From the NCBI GenBank assembly GCA_963666365.2, contig CAXXNF010000002.1:800001-864000 (forward strand): a DNA stretch of 64,000 nucleotides. The letters run 5' to 3'. Shown one piece after another: positions 31,451-42,725 of the stretch. The position numbers and the translations under genes were made by a program. Within the stretch, counting starts at the first letter, position 1. Every line of letters starts with the position of its first letter. The stretch comes from Syntrophales bacterium. GTDB lineage: Bacteria; Desulfobacterota; Syntrophia; Syntrophales; UBA2210. Below the pieces are notes generated by a model. That model did not search any database, had not been told where the DNA came from, and was given only the letters and a program-made list of their open reading frames with translations.

Positions 31451-33103
31451 TCACAGGGGGAATCCCATTGTGCAGCAGGTGCCTTGATCAACTTCACTCT
31501 TAATTTCAAAATATCCGTGATGACCTTCCATCACACGGCTTACAATGGCAAGCCCCAGTCCGGTGCCCATTTCCTTTGTGGTGAAAAAGGGCTCGCGCAC
31601 CTTCCGCAGGGTTGTCTCTTCTATGCCGCACCCCTGATCGACAACACTAATTTCAAGAAATTTCCTCCCGCTTTTTTCATCGGTGCGCACCTGTGTTCTG
31701 ATCGACAGCGTTCCCCCGTTGTGCATCGCCTGGAGCGCATTGATCACGATATTCAAGAGAGCGTGGCGTACCTCTACTCTGTTTCCCCGGATGATGTATG
31801 CATCGCACAATGCCTGCGATATGTGTACCGTCCGGTTCCAATCGCTGCCGAAATAGAGGGTTTCCAGAATATCTTCGACCACCTCTGACATGTCGATTGT
31901 ATCGTCTCCGCCTTGTGCCGGACGCGTGAAGAGGAGAAAATCCCGCGCCAGATTTTCCAACTGGTCTTTTCCTCTCAACACAATATCCATCAATTTTCTG
32001 TCGCCCTCTTCCAGAGGAAGATCCCTCTTGAGCAACTGTATAGACCCCCCGATGGATGCGAGGGGATTGCGCAGCTCATGGGCCAGCACCGCCGCCATCT
32101 CCCCCATGAAGGCCATTTTCTTGTTTTTATCAATTTCACGCTCCATGGCCTTTATCGCAGTGTGATCCTGGAATATCAGTATGTTTCCGATGGGTTCCCC
32201 CTCTGGATTCATAAGAGGCGACAGAGAAAACACGAGTAGTGCCGGAGTGTACCTCTTGTACGTGAGCGCGTATTCAAAATTGCCGACGCCGTCTTCGACG
32301 CGCTCCATCGCGACGAGCATATCGGGGAATACATCCTCAATGTCCCTGTCAATGGCCTGATGCCGTATAACCCCCGTTATCTCTTCTGCGACCCGGTTGA
32401 AAGACCGTATCCTCTGCGCTCTGTCCACGGTGACAACGCCCGCATTCACGGACTCGATAATGCTCCTGTATAATAAATCGAGCCGTTTGAAGGCGTCTTC
32501 TCTTTCAATGAGCAGCCTTCGCGTCTTTCGTTCCTGCCCAACGACAAAGCTGGCCAGCAGCGCCACAATGTAAAAAGATACGATGTGTATGAAGATTCTC
32601 GAGAATACGTAACCGGCGCTGAAATCATAGACATACATCGCGCTGTAGACGGGCTCAATGAAACCGTAGTATTCCAGATCGAGAAGCAGGCCGTAGAGGA
32701 TGCCGCTTGCCGAGGCGAGAAGAATCCCTCCCTTTTTCTCGAGAAACAGCACCGCATAGATAATGACCAGCGAGTACAGGTTTTGATATATGCTTCCGGC
32801 GCCGCCCGTCACGTATACAAGCGCGGTGACAATCACCACATCGACCAGGGATTGCAGATAGACATTGCCCGCGACGCTGGTCCATTTTTTTAAGATCAGC
32901 ACATATGCAATCGAAATGACATAGGTAAGACCGATGATTGCGTAGACAAGATAGAGGGATGTCTGCGTAAGGAATTCCGTGCCGACAAATTGAATAAAGG
33001 CGGCAATGCCGAGCAGGAAGGATGTAATGATGACCCGGTAAAAGGTAAGCCACCGCAACCGATTGAAGTCGCCATCACTCCTGTCTTTGTGTATCCCTCT
33101 CAT
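31451..33103 (-). CDS. pilS: Sensor histidine kinase PilS
   Basis: Six-TM N-terminus typical of PilS, PAS, AHELRNPL, GTGLGL. Confidence 0.85.
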   Translation of the reverse strand: MRGIHKDRSDGDFNRLRWLTFYRVIITSFLLGIAAFIQFVGTEFLTQTSLYLVYAIIGLTYVISIAYVLILKKWTSVAGNVYLQSLVDVVIVTALVYVTGGAGSIYQNLYSLVIIYAVLFLEKKGGILLASASGILYGLLLDLEYYGFIEPVYSAMYVYDFSAGYVFSRIFIHIVSFYIVALLASFVVGQERKTRRLLIEREDAFKRLDLLYRSIIESVNAGVVTVDRAQRIRSFNRVAEEITGVIRHQAIDRDIEDVFPDMLVAMERVEDGVGNFEYALTYKRYTPALLVFSLSPLMNPEGEPIGNILIFQDHTAIKAMEREIDKNKKMAFMGEMAAVLAHELRNPLASIGGSIQLLKRDLPLEEGDRKLMDIVLRGKDQLENLARDFLLFTRPAQGGDDTIDMSEVVEDILETLYFGSDWNRTVHISQALCDAYIIRGNRVEVRHALLNIVINALQAMHNGGTLSIRTQVRTDEKSGRKFLEISVVDQGCGIEETTLRKVREPFFTTKEMGTGLGLAIVSRVMEGHHGYFEIKSEVDQGTCCTMGFPL

Positions 33104-33362
33104 CGAAGATCTGCTCCCCCAGGCCGATGGGTGATATTACACATTCCCTCGCTCCTTGTCCAGAAAAGTTGCCCTTCGGTTTCCACGAGGGACTTGACAG
33201 TTCCCGGCATGAAGAGTATTGGTGAATCTATCTTCATACGTGCCCGATGCCTATCGCAGTCAATCCTCCGTTATATTTTTCGGAGTTACGACATCGCTAC
33301 CCTTCACCACCACAGAGCAGACACAATAGAAAACACAGCAAATCTTTCAAGGCAGTGCAGTC

Positions 33363-35831
33363 ATGAAGGCACCTCTGGTTCCTCTGGTGATAGTGTTCAG
33401 TGCGGGTATTGCGGTCGGCAGCATCGCTTCCCTGCCTTTCGGGTATATTCTTCTTTTCCTTGCGGCGCTTCTGATGCTTCTGCTCATATCGATACGAAAA
33501 GGAATGTACCCGTCCATCGCCTGCGTAACGGCGGTATCGTGGTTTCTTCTGGGCATGTCATCCATTGCGATGCATACCCAGCCCGTCGCTTCGGAATCGA
33601 CCGTCGCACTCTACGCCGGCAACACCCAAAAAACCATTGAAGGAACGGTTATCTCCAGCCCTCATGTGCGCGGGGGGAAAACCCGCGTAGTGGTAAGAGT
33701 CGACAGAATCAGATCAAATTCTGCGGATATACCTGTGAGGGGCGCTGTGCTGCTGACCGTAAGAAATGATCTTGCTGGCATCCACTACGGCGACTTCATC
33801 AGGGTAAAAGCCCGGCTCAGACTGCCGCGCAACTTTCAAAATCCCGGCGGTTTTGATTACGAAAGGTATCTGCGATACCAGCATATCCTTGTAACGGCAT
33901 CGGTACGAAAGCCCACAAATATTATTGTCCTTCGACGAAACGGCGGCAACCCCATCATGCGAAAGATTGAAGAATGCCGTTGCGCCTTCAGGCATGTCCT
34001 TCACCATGCCGCGGACCCGCCGGAAAGAGAACTGCTGGGAGCGCTCATTCTCGGCGACAAGGAACGGGTGCCTTCCGACATCAGAGAGAAGTTCACCCGA
34101 TCGGGGCTTTCACACATCCTGGCAATATCGGGCCTACATGTAGGCATCATCACCTGCATTTCATTTCTTGTCTTCAAGAGGGCGATCAAATCATGGAGCT
34201 TTTTACTTTTGAGGGGCAATCTGGTCAAGCTGTCGGCCTGTCTGGCCTGTTTTCCCATATTCGGCTATAGCCTCATTGCCGGATTCGGCATTTCCACCAT
34301 ACGGGCCGTGCTCATGGTAGGCGTATTTTTTCTATCTCTCCTTTTCTCGAGAAAAGGCAACCCTCTGAACTCACTTGCGCTGGCTGCCCTCGTCATACTT
34401 GTCTTTTCACCGACCTCACTTTTTGACATCTCCTTTCAGCTCTCCTTTTCGGCAGTGGGGGCCATTATCCTAATCACGCCGCCCCTGATTTCCTTTCTGC
34501 ATGTGCATCCCCGTGGCACGGACACGTTCATGGGAAGAAGCCTTGCTGCGGTTGCGACATTCTGTATCGTAAGCCTGGCCGCCACCCTGGGCACGGCGCC
34601 GTTAATCATCCACTCGTTCAATCAACTATCAACCGTCACAATGCTTGCCAATCTCTTCGTCGTTCCCCTTATGGGTTTCGTGGCCCTGCCCCCGGCGTTA
34701 ATAAGCATACTCACGGCCCCCTTCTCCATGCCGGCAACCATGGTGCTCCTGAAAGCGTCGGCCTTTGCCCTCAGCCTCTCCCTTTTCATTGTCGATTGGT
34801 TCGCCTCCTTTTCCCTCTCGTACATTCGTCTCTCAACACCAGATTATATCGAAATTATCTGTTATTATATGTGCCTCCTTCTCCTCTTTTCTATACGCGC
34901 ACCGGGCAAGTCAAAGGCGCGCTCACTATTACTGACAGGCGCCCTGTTCCTGGTCATTGTCACGTTCATTGCAGACAGGTTGATTATCCATTTGCAGACG
35001 ACAGTGCCCGGTCGTCTTTCACTTACCGTACTCGACGTCGGTCAGGGAAGCGCGAACCTTATTACCTTCCCTGATGGCACAGTCATGCTTGTGGACGGCG
35101 GCGGTTTTTACGACCGGAGTTTCGATATCGGGCAGTACGTGGTGGGACCATTCCTCTGGCATAAAAGACTCACCCGTGTAGACATTGTCGTGCTTACCCA
35201 TCCGGATCAGGATCACCTGGGCGGTCTCCCCTTTATCCTGGAAAATTTTTGTATCGGTGAGGTCTGGTCGAATGGAGATCCGTCGGACAGCGATACCTAC
35301 CGTGCCTTCCTGGATATAATTAAAAAAAAGAATATTTCTCACAGGATTGTTCAAAGTGACGATCCGCCGCGATCTATCGCGGGTGTTTCTTTCAAGGTGC
35401 TCCATCCCCCAGAGACGGCCGATGCTCAAAAGCCCGGAGGAACTAATAATCGCAGTATCGTAATGAAATTGACCTATGGCGCCGTCGGCTTCCTTTTGAC
35501 CGCCGACATCATGGAGGCAACGGAACGTGAACTTGCCGCGTCTTCGGTGGACCTTCGGAGCAGGGTCATGCTGGTGCCCCACCATGGCGCTCCCGGTTCG
35601 AGTTCATCAGCGTTTATTGATAAAGTAAAGCCTTATATTGCAGTGGTGAGTTGCGGATATAACAACAATTTCGGCTTCCCAAATCCGCGAGTGTGCGCAC
35701 GCTACCACGACCGGGGAATTCAGCTCCTCCGTACCGACCTTGACGGGGCGGTTACCATTGTGACCGACGGTCGGAAAATCGAAAGGGTCTGTCACGGCGC
35801 ACTGAAGAACAATAGGGCTTCATCCCACTAA
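33363..35831 (+). CDS. comEC: DNA internalization competence protein ComEC/Rec2
   Basis: NPGGFDY, HILAISGLHVG, SFQLSF, metallo-beta-lactamase domain DVGQG...THPDQDH, PHHG. Confidence 0.95.
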   Translation: MKAPLVPLVIVFSAGIAVGSIASLPFGYILLFLAALLMLLLISIRKGMYPSIACVTAVSWFLLGMSSIAMHTQPVASESTVALYAGNTQKTIEGTVISSPHVRGGKTRVVVRVDRIRSNSADIPVRGAVLLTVRNDLAGIHYGDFIRVKARLRLPRNFQNPGGFDYERYLRYQHILVTASVRKPTNIIVLRRNGGNPIMRKIEECRCAFRHVLHHAADPPERELLGALILGDKERVPSDIREKFTRSGLSHILAISGLHVGIITCISFLVFKRAIKSWSFLLLRGNLVKLSACLACFPIFGYSLIAGFGISTIRAVLMVGVFFLSLLFSRKGNPLNSLALAALVILVFSPTSLFDISFQLSFSAVGAIILITPPLISFLHVHPRGTDTFMGRSLAAVATFCIVSLAATLGTAPLIIHSFNQLSTVTMLANLFVVPLMGFVALPPALISILTAPFSMPATMVLLKASAFALSLSLFIVDWFASFSLSYIRLSTPDYIEIICYYMCLLLLFSIRAPGKSKARSLLLTGALFLVIVTFIADRLIIHLQTTVPGRLSLTVLDVGQGSANLITFPDGTVMLVDGGGFYDRSFDIGQYVVGPFLWHKRLTRVDIVVLTHPDQDHLGGLPFILENFCIGEVWSNGDPSDSDTYRAFLDIIKKKNISHRIVQSDDPPRSIAGVSFKVLHPPETADAQKPGGTNNRSIVMKLTYGAVGFLLTADIMEATERELAASSVDLRSRVMLVPHHGAPGSSSSAFIDKVKPYIAVVSCGYNNNFGFPNPRVCARYHDRGIQLLRTDLDGAVTIVTDGRKIERVCHGALKNNRASSH

Positions 35832-35921
35832 TCTCACTTCCAAATTGCACGTAAATCATATTTGCCTTTACCCCTGAACTGTGATATCACATCCACCTTT
35901 GATTGACGGGAGACTGTGCAT

Positions 35922-37196
35922 ATGGCTTCAATTACATCCGTTCGGGGATTTAAAGACATTCTGCCTGAAGAAACGGCAAAATGGCGCTATGTGGAAGAAA
36001 CCGCGCGCCGCGTATTCGCCTGTTTCGGCGTGAAAGAGATCAGAATTCCCCTGCTTGAAAAAACCGAACTCTTTAAAAGGGGCATCGGCGAAGCCACTGA
36101 TATTGTGGAAAAGGAGATGTACACCTTTCTCGACCGCGGAGGCGACTATCTGACCCTGCGTCCCGAGGCGACGGCATCAGTCATTAGGGCCTATCTGGAG
36201 CATCATCTCTATACAAAAGAACCGCTCTCGAAACTCTACACCATGGGCCCCATGTTCAGGAGGGAACGCCCCCAGAAAGGGCGTTTTCGTCAGTTTCATC
36301 AGATAAATGTTGAATTTCTGGGGCTGGACGATCCTCGAATCGACAGCGAACTTATTTTCATGCTCATTCATTTTCTGCGTGCTGTGGGGCTTGAGGACCT
36401 GACCCTGGAAATCAATTCTCTGGGGTGTCCGCTATGCCGTCCTGCATTCAGGGACAGGCTTACCTCTTTTCTGGCGGACAAAGAAAACGCGCTTTGCGAA
36501 GATTGTCGTCGAAGGCTCGGGACAAACCCCCTTCGCATCTTCGATTGCAAACAGGAAGGATGTCGGGAAACGATTGCCGGGGCACCCCTCATCCTCGATT
36601 ATATCTGCGACGACTGCGATGCGCACTTTAAAGAGGTGCAACGGCATCTCGATACGCTCGATACCCCCTACAGGGTGAATAGACGAATGGTCCGGGGACT
36701 CGATTATTACACGCGCACCGCCTTTGAGGTTACTACTTCGGCACTGGGCGCCCAGAACGCCGTCACGGGGGGGGGACGATACGACGGTCTTCCCAAACTG
36801 CTTGGAGGCCCGGATATTCCCGGAATCGGTTTTGCGATCGGCGTTGAGCGGCTGATTTCCATGCAGCCGGCGGGGGCGGAAGGCTCAAATGCGAATCCCG
36901 ATCTGTTCATTGCCTCCCTCGGAGAGAAGGCCCGCGATTTCGCCTACGGGCTTTCAAACAGATTGCGCGCTTCTGGTTTGATCGCTGAAATGGAATTCTC
37001 CGACAAAGGGTTGAAGAGTCAGATGAAACGCGCCAACAAACTCGGCTGCCGTTACACCTTGATCATCGGGGAAAATGAACTGGCGACAGGGAATGCGCCC
37101 TTGCGTCAAATGGACGGAGGCGAGCAGAGAGACGTAGCGCTGTCATCACCGCGTGATCTTTCCGCCATTCTCAGAACGGGAAAGACGAATACCTAA
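35922..37196 (+). CDS. hisS: Histidine--tRNA ligase
   Basis: LRPEATAS, RRERPQKGRFRQFHQ, VRGLDYY, GGGRYD. Confidence 0.98.
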   Translation: MASITSVRGFKDILPEETAKWRYVEETARRVFACFGVKEIRIPLLEKTELFKRGIGEATDIVEKEMYTFLDRGGDYLTLRPEATASVIRAYLEHHLYTKEPLSKLYTMGPMFRRERPQKGRFRQFHQINVEFLGLDDPRIDSELIFMLIHFLRAVGLEDLTLEINSLGCPLCRPAFRDRLTSFLADKENALCEDCRRRLGTNPLRIFDCKQEGCRETIAGAPLILDYICDDCDAHFKEVQRHLDTLDTPYRVNRRMVRGLDYYTRTAFEVTTSALGAQNAVTGGGRYDGLPKLLGGPDIPGIGFAIGVERLISMQPAGAEGSNANPDLFIASLGEKARDFAYGLSNRLRASGLIAEMEFSDKGLKSQMKRANKLGCRYTLIIGENELATGNAPLRQMDGGEQRDVALSSPRDLSAILRTGKTNT

Positions 37197-37247
37197 CCCC
37201 ACACACAGGGATATACACTACACTATACATAGACGAGGAATAGGCTG

Positions 37248-39023
37248 GTGTCTGAATTTATTACAAAAGAAAAAAGGACTCATTACTGTGGCGACCTTCG
37301 CATATCTCACGTAGGTGAAACGGTTACACTCATGGGATGGACCCACCGGAGACGGGATCATGGAGGAGTTATTTTTGTCGATCTTCGAGACCGGACCGGA
37401 ATTGCGCAGGTGGTCTTCAATCCGGAAAAGAGCCCCATGGCTCATACGGAGGCCCATAAAATACGAAGCGAATATGTCCTTGCTGTCAGGGGAACGGTGA
37501 TCACACGCCTGGAGGGGATGGAAAACCCGTCGTTAAAGACCGGACAAATAGAGGTGATGGTTGACGAACTCGAAATTCTCAACGAGTCGAAGACACCTCC
37601 CTTCATGCTCGATGAAGAAACGGAAATCTCGGAAACCGTGCGGCTTAAATATCGCTATCTCGATCTTCGGCGCCGGCACATTCAGCGCAATCTGCTGCTT
37701 CGCGACAAGGTGGCAACCGCCACACGGAATTACCTTCATGACCAGGGATTTGTCGAAATCGAAACCCCCTTTCTTGGTAAAAGCACGCCCGAAGGCGCCC
37801 GCGACTATCTGGTGCCCAGCCGCGTCAACCCGGGCATGTTCTATGCGCTTCCTCAGTCGCCGCAACTCTTCAAGCAATTACTCATGGTATCGGGATTCGA
37901 CCGCTACTATCAGATCGTAAAATGTTTCAGAGACGAGGATCTCAGGGCCGACCGCCAGCCTGAATTCACCCAGATCGACATGGAACTTTCATTTATTTCC
38001 GAAGACGATCTGATCGATATTATTGAAGGATTAATGGCACGCATCTTCAAGGAGGGAATGGGTCTGGATCTGACGCTTCCTTTCCCGCGCCTGACCTATG
38101 GGGAAGCGATTTCCCGTTACGGACGGGACAACCCCGACCGGCGCTTCGGGCTGGAGCTGAAGGACCTCACGGACGTGCTCAGCACGTCTCAACTGAAGGT
38201 CTTTGCGGAAGTGGCCTCACGAGGCGGGATGATCAAGGCCATAAAACTGGAAGACGGTAAAAGGCTTTCTCGTAAGGATCTTGACCTTTTGCCCGGGTAT
38301 GTGAGCGATTTCGGCGCCAAGGGTCTGGCATGGGCGCGGGTCAATGAAGACGGCTGGACTTCGCCGATCTTCAAATTCCTCACTGCCGAAGAGGTCGCGC
38401 GTATCAATGAGCGGATGGACGCGTCTCCGGGGGATCTGATTTTCTTTGTCGCCGACACCCCCAAGGTAGTAAATGACGCCCTCGGCAACCTCCGCGTCCA
38501 CATTGCCGAAAAACTGGGCCTCATTACGCCGGATACCTACGCATTCACCTGGATCACGGAATTCCCCATGTTTGAATACAGCGAAACGGAAAAACGCTTC
38601 ATGGCCACCCATCATCCTTTCACGTCGCCGGTCCTTGAAGATGTCCCGCTCCTTCTTTCCGAGCCGGGGAAGGTGCGCGCACAAGCCTATGATCTGGTGC
38701 TGAATGGTTCGGAAATAGGAGGTGGAAGCATTCGAATCCACAAAAGCGCGGTACAGTCCACGGTGTTCAAGGCCCTTGCACTGAGCGATGAAGATGTGCG
38801 GGCAAAATTCGGTTTTTTTCTTGATGCGCTCGAATACGGCACTCCGCCCCACGGCGGCATCGCCTTCGGTCTCGACAGAATCATCATGATCATGGCGGGC
38901 GCCGAATCTATACGTGATGTCATCGCCTTCCCGAAAACGCAGAAAGCGACCTGCCTGCTTACCGAGGCGCCCTCGGCAGCAAGCCTGGCACAGCTCATGG
39001 AGCTGTCGCTCAAAGTAGTATAG
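37248..39023 (+). CDS. aspS: Aspartate--tRNA ligase (probably non-discriminating Asp/Asn type)
   Basis: RTHYCG, RRDHGG (His typical of ND-AspRS), [27 protein letters not shown]. Confidence 0.97.
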   Translation: MSEFITKEKRTHYCGDLRISHVGETVTLMGWTHRRRDHGGVIFVDLRDRTGIAQVVFNPEKSPMAHTEAHKIRSEYVLAVRGTVITRLEGMENPSLKTGQIEVMVDELEILNESKTPPFMLDEETEISETVRLKYRYLDLRRRHIQRNLLLRDKVATATRNYLHDQGFVEIETPFLGKSTPEGARDYLVPSRVNPGMFYALPQSPQLFKQLLMVSGFDRYYQIVKCFRDEDLRADRQPEFTQIDMELSFISEDDLIDIIEGLMARIFKEGMGLDLTLPFPRLTYGEAISRYGRDNPDRRFGLELKDLTDVLSTSQLKVFAEVASRGGMIKAIKLEDGKRLSRKDLDLLPGYVSDFGAKGLAWARVNEDGWTSPIFKFLTAEEVARINERMDASPGDLIFFVADTPKVVNDALGNLRVHIAEKLGLITPDTYAFTWITEFPMFEYSETEKRFMATHHPFTSPVLEDVPLLLSEPGKVRAQAYDLVLNGSEIGGGSIRIHKSAVQSTVFKALALSDEDVRAKFGFFLDALEYGTPPHGGIAFGLDRIIMIMAGAESIRDVIAFPKTQKATCLLTEAPSAASLAQLMELSLKVV

Positions 39024-39035
39024 TATAAAAAGTTT

Positions 39036-39084
39036 TGAGTGTTGGGTTGTGGGTTATCACCTATCACCCATGACCCATCACCTA
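39036..39084. repeat. Heptamer-based palindromic element between convergent aspS and helicase genes
   Basis: tgagtgt-tgggttg-tgggtta followed by tcaccta-tcaccca-tgaccca-tcaccta. Confidence 0.7.
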
Positions 39085-41046
39085 TTCCTCATCGATAAGC
39101 CACTGTTCGAAGGGTCGTTCGCTTGGCGACAGGTGTGAAGGCGCCAATTCCTGGATGAAGCGCGACGGCGCGCAGGGTTTCCCGCCGTACCCCCGATTGC
39201 CGTCCATTACGGTGTGGCACAGGTAGAGCTGATCCTTCGCCCTTGTGGCGGCCACGTAAAAGAGGCGCCGTTCCTCATCGACGCCCGACGGCTCTCTGAG
39301 CGCACGGGCCAGCGGGATCAGACCCTCGGAGCACCGAATCATGAATACCACCGACCATTCCAGCCCTTTCGCCTGGTGGATGGTGCTGAGCACAACCCTT
39401 TCCTCTTCCATGTCCCTTCGATATCCTTCGCTTTCTTCATCCATATTCGTCATCAGTGCCAGATCGCTTAAAAAATCGCCAAGGGATTGAAACTGTTTTG
39501 AAAAGAGCGCAAGTTGGCGCAAATCATCCTCCCGTGAAGCGGAATCGCCGTAGCGGGCTCTCAAAATATCCCGGTATCCCGCCGCCAACACCGATTCGAG
39601 CACCTCCCCAGGGTGATCCGATCGTGGGGTCTCATAGACGGTACCGAATATGGCCCGCACTCCGGCAATGCCCGGTTCAGCCGCCTTACCCGCCGCCCGT
39701 GCAAGCTCTTCAGAAAAAAGCGCCTGTTGCGGGTCACCAGAAGCTTCGAGGAATTTCCAGATCTTGTCGGCCCTTGCCTTCCCAATCTTCTCAAAGAGCC
39801 CCAGAAGTCGTTTCCAGGCAAGCTCATCGAAGGGATTAGCCACAATGCGCAGAAAGGCTGTCACATCCTTTATGTGAGCCTGCTCAAAAAACCTGATGCC
39901 CGACCGTATCACAAAGGGCATCCCCCTCCGCACCATTTCCATCTGAAGTTCCATTGAATGGTAATGGGCGCGATACAGCACGGCAATTTCATTGAGGGGC
40001 ACTCCGGCGTCCGACAGCTCTCGTATTCTCTGCACCACAAAATGCGCCTGTTGAATCACATCTCTCATCGGCGCATAGATGGGCCGCGCCCCTCCGTCCC
40101 TCACTGCCCGGAGCTTTTTACGAAACTGTTTCGCATTATTCACGATGGACATATTGGCCAGATGAAGGATCTGCGGCGTGCTCCGGTAGTTTGTTTCGAG
40201 TTTGAAAACCCGGGCATTGCCGTATTTTTCAGGAAAGGCCAGGATATTGGTATAATCGGCGCCCCGGAAAGAATAGATGCTCTGCGAGTCATCACCGACC
40301 ACCATGATATTGTTGTGCGCTGCCGCAAGAAGGTCGAGGATATCCGCCTGAATGATATTAGTGTCCTGATACTCATCGACGAGAATATGGAGAAATTGTT
40401 GCGCGTATCGTTCCCGCAGCTCTTCCTGTTCCATCAGAAGTTTTCGCCAGTGCACCAGCAGGTCGTCAAAATCCATGACATTCAATTCTTTTTTTCTTAT
40501 GCGAAAGCGCAGGGCGATCTTGTGGATGTCCGTAATGTATTTGAAGATGCCGGGGTATTTTTCCGCGACAATGGTCTCAAAGGTCCTGCAGGTATTCTCT
40601 GCAAGGCTTAAAATATCTAGAATCAGGGTTGCCTTGGGGAAATTAATGCCCTTTGTCACAATGCCGAGATCGGCAATGGAGTGTGTCAGAAGCTGCCTTG
40701 CATCATCGCGGTCCAGAATTGAATAGGCACGGTCATAGCCAAGAAGCTCGGCATGGCGTCTCAGTATGCGATTGCCCAAGTGATGAAAGGTACCGCCCCA
40801 TACACCTTTAGCGCCGGCGCCTATCAACGCTTCGACGCGCTGAAGCATCGATCGGGCCGCCTTGTTGGTAAAAGTGGCAAGCAGGACGCGCTCAGGGCTT
40901 ACCCCCTGTTCAATGAGACGGGCGACCCGGTAGGTAAGGGCCCGTGTCTTCCCGCTGCCCGCACCGGCGATTACCAGTGCGGGGCCGTCCGGGGCCGTCA
41001 CTACTTCATACTGCTCTGCATTCAGTTCATGTATATAGTCAATCAT
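39082..41046 (-). CDS. UvrD/PcrA/Rep family ATP-dependent DNA helicase
   Basis: AGAGSGKT, TFTNKAA, DEYQD, GDDSQSIYSFRGA, NYRS, TIHQAKGLEW, EERRLFYVAATRA; lacks the PcrA C-terminal domain. Confidence 0.93.
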   Translation of the reverse strand: MIDYIHELNAEQYEVVTAPDGPALVIAGAGSGKTRALTYRVARLIEQGVSPERVLLATFTNKAARSMLQRVEALIGAGAKGVWGGTFHHLGNRILRRHAELLGYDRAYSILDRDDARQLLTHSIADLGIVTKGINFPKATLILDILSLAENTCRTFETIVAEKYPGIFKYITDIHKIALRFRIRKKELNVMDFDDLLVHWRKLLMEQEELRERYAQQFLHILVDEYQDTNIIQADILDLLAAAHNNIMVVGDDSQSIYSFRGADYTNILAFPEKYGNARVFKLETNYRSTPQILHLANMSIVNNAKQFRKKLRAVRDGGARPIYAPMRDVIQQAHFVVQRIRELSDAGVPLNEIAVLYRAHYHSMELQMEMVRRGMPFVIRSGIRFFEQAHIKDVTAFLRIVANPFDELAWKRLLGLFEKIGKARADKIWKFLEASGDPQQALFSEELARAAGKAAEPGIAGVRAIFGTVYETPRSDHPGEVLESVLAAGYRDILRARYGDSASREDDLRQLALFSKQFQSLGDFLSDLALMTNMDEESEGYRRDMEEERVVLSTIHQAKGLEWSVVFMIRCSEGLIPLARALREPSGVDEERRLFYVAATRAKDQLYLCHTVMDGNRGYGGKPCAPSRFIQELAPSHLSPSERPFEQWLIDEE

Positions 41047-41070
41047 TGATTTTCCAGGCGATGTGCGAAG

Positions 41071-41134
41071 TAGGTTAAGGTTATGGTTTATGGGCTATTT
41101 TACCCATCGCCCATCACCAATGATCCGTCACCTG
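41071..41134. repeat. Second heptamer-based palindromic element between adk and the helicase gene
   Basis: taggtta-aggtta-tggttta-tgggcta followed by ttaccca-tcgccca-tcaccaa-tgatccg-tcacctg. Confidence 0.6.
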
Positions 41135-41782
41135 TTACTTTTTCAGACTTTTTTCGATTTCCGCTACGGTATCCTTGCTCTGGAGGGACAGGAAATTCTT
41201 GAGCAGGCCTTCACGCTCATAAAAGCCGATCAGGGGCTCGGTTTTTTCGTTGTACGTTTCCAGACGATTGGATATTGCTTCTTCCGTTTCATCATCTCTT
41301 TGTATGCATGGACTTCCGCATTTTTTACAGGTTCCCTCTGCCGAGGGAGGATTGCTTTTGATGTTGTAAATCTCCTGACAATCAGGATTCGAACAGGTGC
41401 GCCGCGTCGTCAGTCGATCGAGAATCACCTCTCGGGGAACTTCGAGATTTACCACAAAGTCAAGCGTAATGCCGAGTCGTTCCAGCAGTGCTTTCAGTTC
41501 TTCCGCCTGGGGGATCGTCCTTGGAAATCCATCCAGAATAAATCCCTTCCGGCAATCCGGTTCCTGAAGGCGAACCTCCATTATTTTCATGATCAGTGAA
41601 TCGGGAACGAGATCGCCGCGATCCATGTATCCCTTTGCCTCTTTGCCCAGATCGGTTCCATCTTTCACGGCGGCTCTCAAAATGTCTCCCGTAGAAATCT
41701 GAACAGAACCGTCGAACTCCGACAACAACTTTGCCACCGTACCTTTCCCGGCACCCGGCGCACCTAATAAAATTATTCTCAT
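41135..41782 (-). CDS. adk: Adenylate kinase (Zn-lid type)
   Basis: GAPGAGKGT, STGDILR, LDGFPRT, four lid Cys, QRDD; start MRIILL after GAGGAGG. Confidence 0.97.
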   Translation of the reverse strand: MRIILLGAPGAGKGTVAKLLSEFDGSVQISTGDILRAAVKDGTDLGKEAKGYMDRGDLVPDSLIMKIMEVRLQEPDCRKGFILDGFPRTIPQAEELKALLERLGITLDFVVNLEVPREVILDRLTTRRTCSNPDCQEIYNIKSNPPSAEGTCKKCGSPCIQRDDETEEAISNRLETYNEKTEPLIGFYEREGLLKNFLSLQSKDTVAEIEKSLKK

Positions 41783-41915
41783 CGCATGCCTCCTCGAGTA
41801 AATTTTTATACTACAGGGTGAGTCCTTATAAGAGAAAGCCGCCCCCGGGTCAAGAAAATATATATAGGGATGAGATATGCGGGGCTTGAGTTTTGTCATT
41901 CCCGCTCATCGGGCG

Positions 41916-42416
41916 CTAATAGGAAAAGGTTTTCCATCGGGGTGCGCGGTCATAGACATCGAGAGGCGGTGTGGTCACCACCAGACGGCCTTCTTTGTCC
42001 CGACTGATCGCGGATGTGCTGTCCTGAACCGAATACCATATGCCAACCTTTTTACCGGTGCTGTCCGTAATATCAAACCCGTAGAGCCTGAGGCCTACGC
42101 TTGATGCCTTAACCTGCATATTGCGCACGGATTCTTCCAATGTATCTCTCGTAAAGGATCGTTGTTTCCATAATCCCTGATCGAAGGGCTCGTTTTTGTC
42201 TACACCGACGATCGCCCTTGGTTCCACATCGGTTCCGCTTATGTAATAGACATAACCGCCCACATTGAAGCTTTCGAAGTGGGCCCTTACCTCATCATTG
42301 ATCATCAACCGTCCGTAGGATCCATTGAAAACCGCACATCCTGCCCAGCACAAAAGAGATATGCACAAAAGAAATGTCAGAAATATTTTTTTATGGCCTC
42401 GCATCTGTTCGTTCAT
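41916..42416 (-). CDS. Hypothetical lipoprotein
   Basis: Signal peptide ending in lipobox-like WAGC; AAGGAG RBS. Confidence 0.7.
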   Translation of the reverse strand: MNEQMRGHKKIFLTFLLCISLLCWAGCAVFNGSYGRLMINDEVRAHFESFNVGGYVYYISGTDVEPRAIVGVDKNEPFDQGLWKQRSFTRDTLEESVRNMQVKASSVGLRLYGFDITDSTGKKVGIWYSVQDSTSAISRDKEGRLVVTTPPLDVYDRAPRWKTFSY

Positions 42417-42725
42417 GACCGTCGCTCCTTTTTTGTAGTGACTGCCCATTCCCCCGCCTTACCTGACGCATGGTTTTTTCACGACAGCAGTGGATTCTGT
42501 GATGTTTCTACCACCGGCTGTACGCAAAAGATACAAGATATTTCAATCCTGAGGAGGGGAAATGGGCGGTGCAATCCGTCCAACATTTCAACTTGAATCT
42601 TTTTTTTGGCTCAGGCACAATAAAAGTGTCTTTTTTCAATCCCCTAAGGTTTTATGTTCCGGATTCAATGTAAACAGATTCGAAACGTACAGGGAACGCC
42701 GGCCGGACCGGAAAGGACACAGGAC

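Noticed and set aside
32990..33640. 216-aa plus-strand ORF across the pilS-comEC spacer
   Set aside because: Overlaps both real genes and has no protein-like features.
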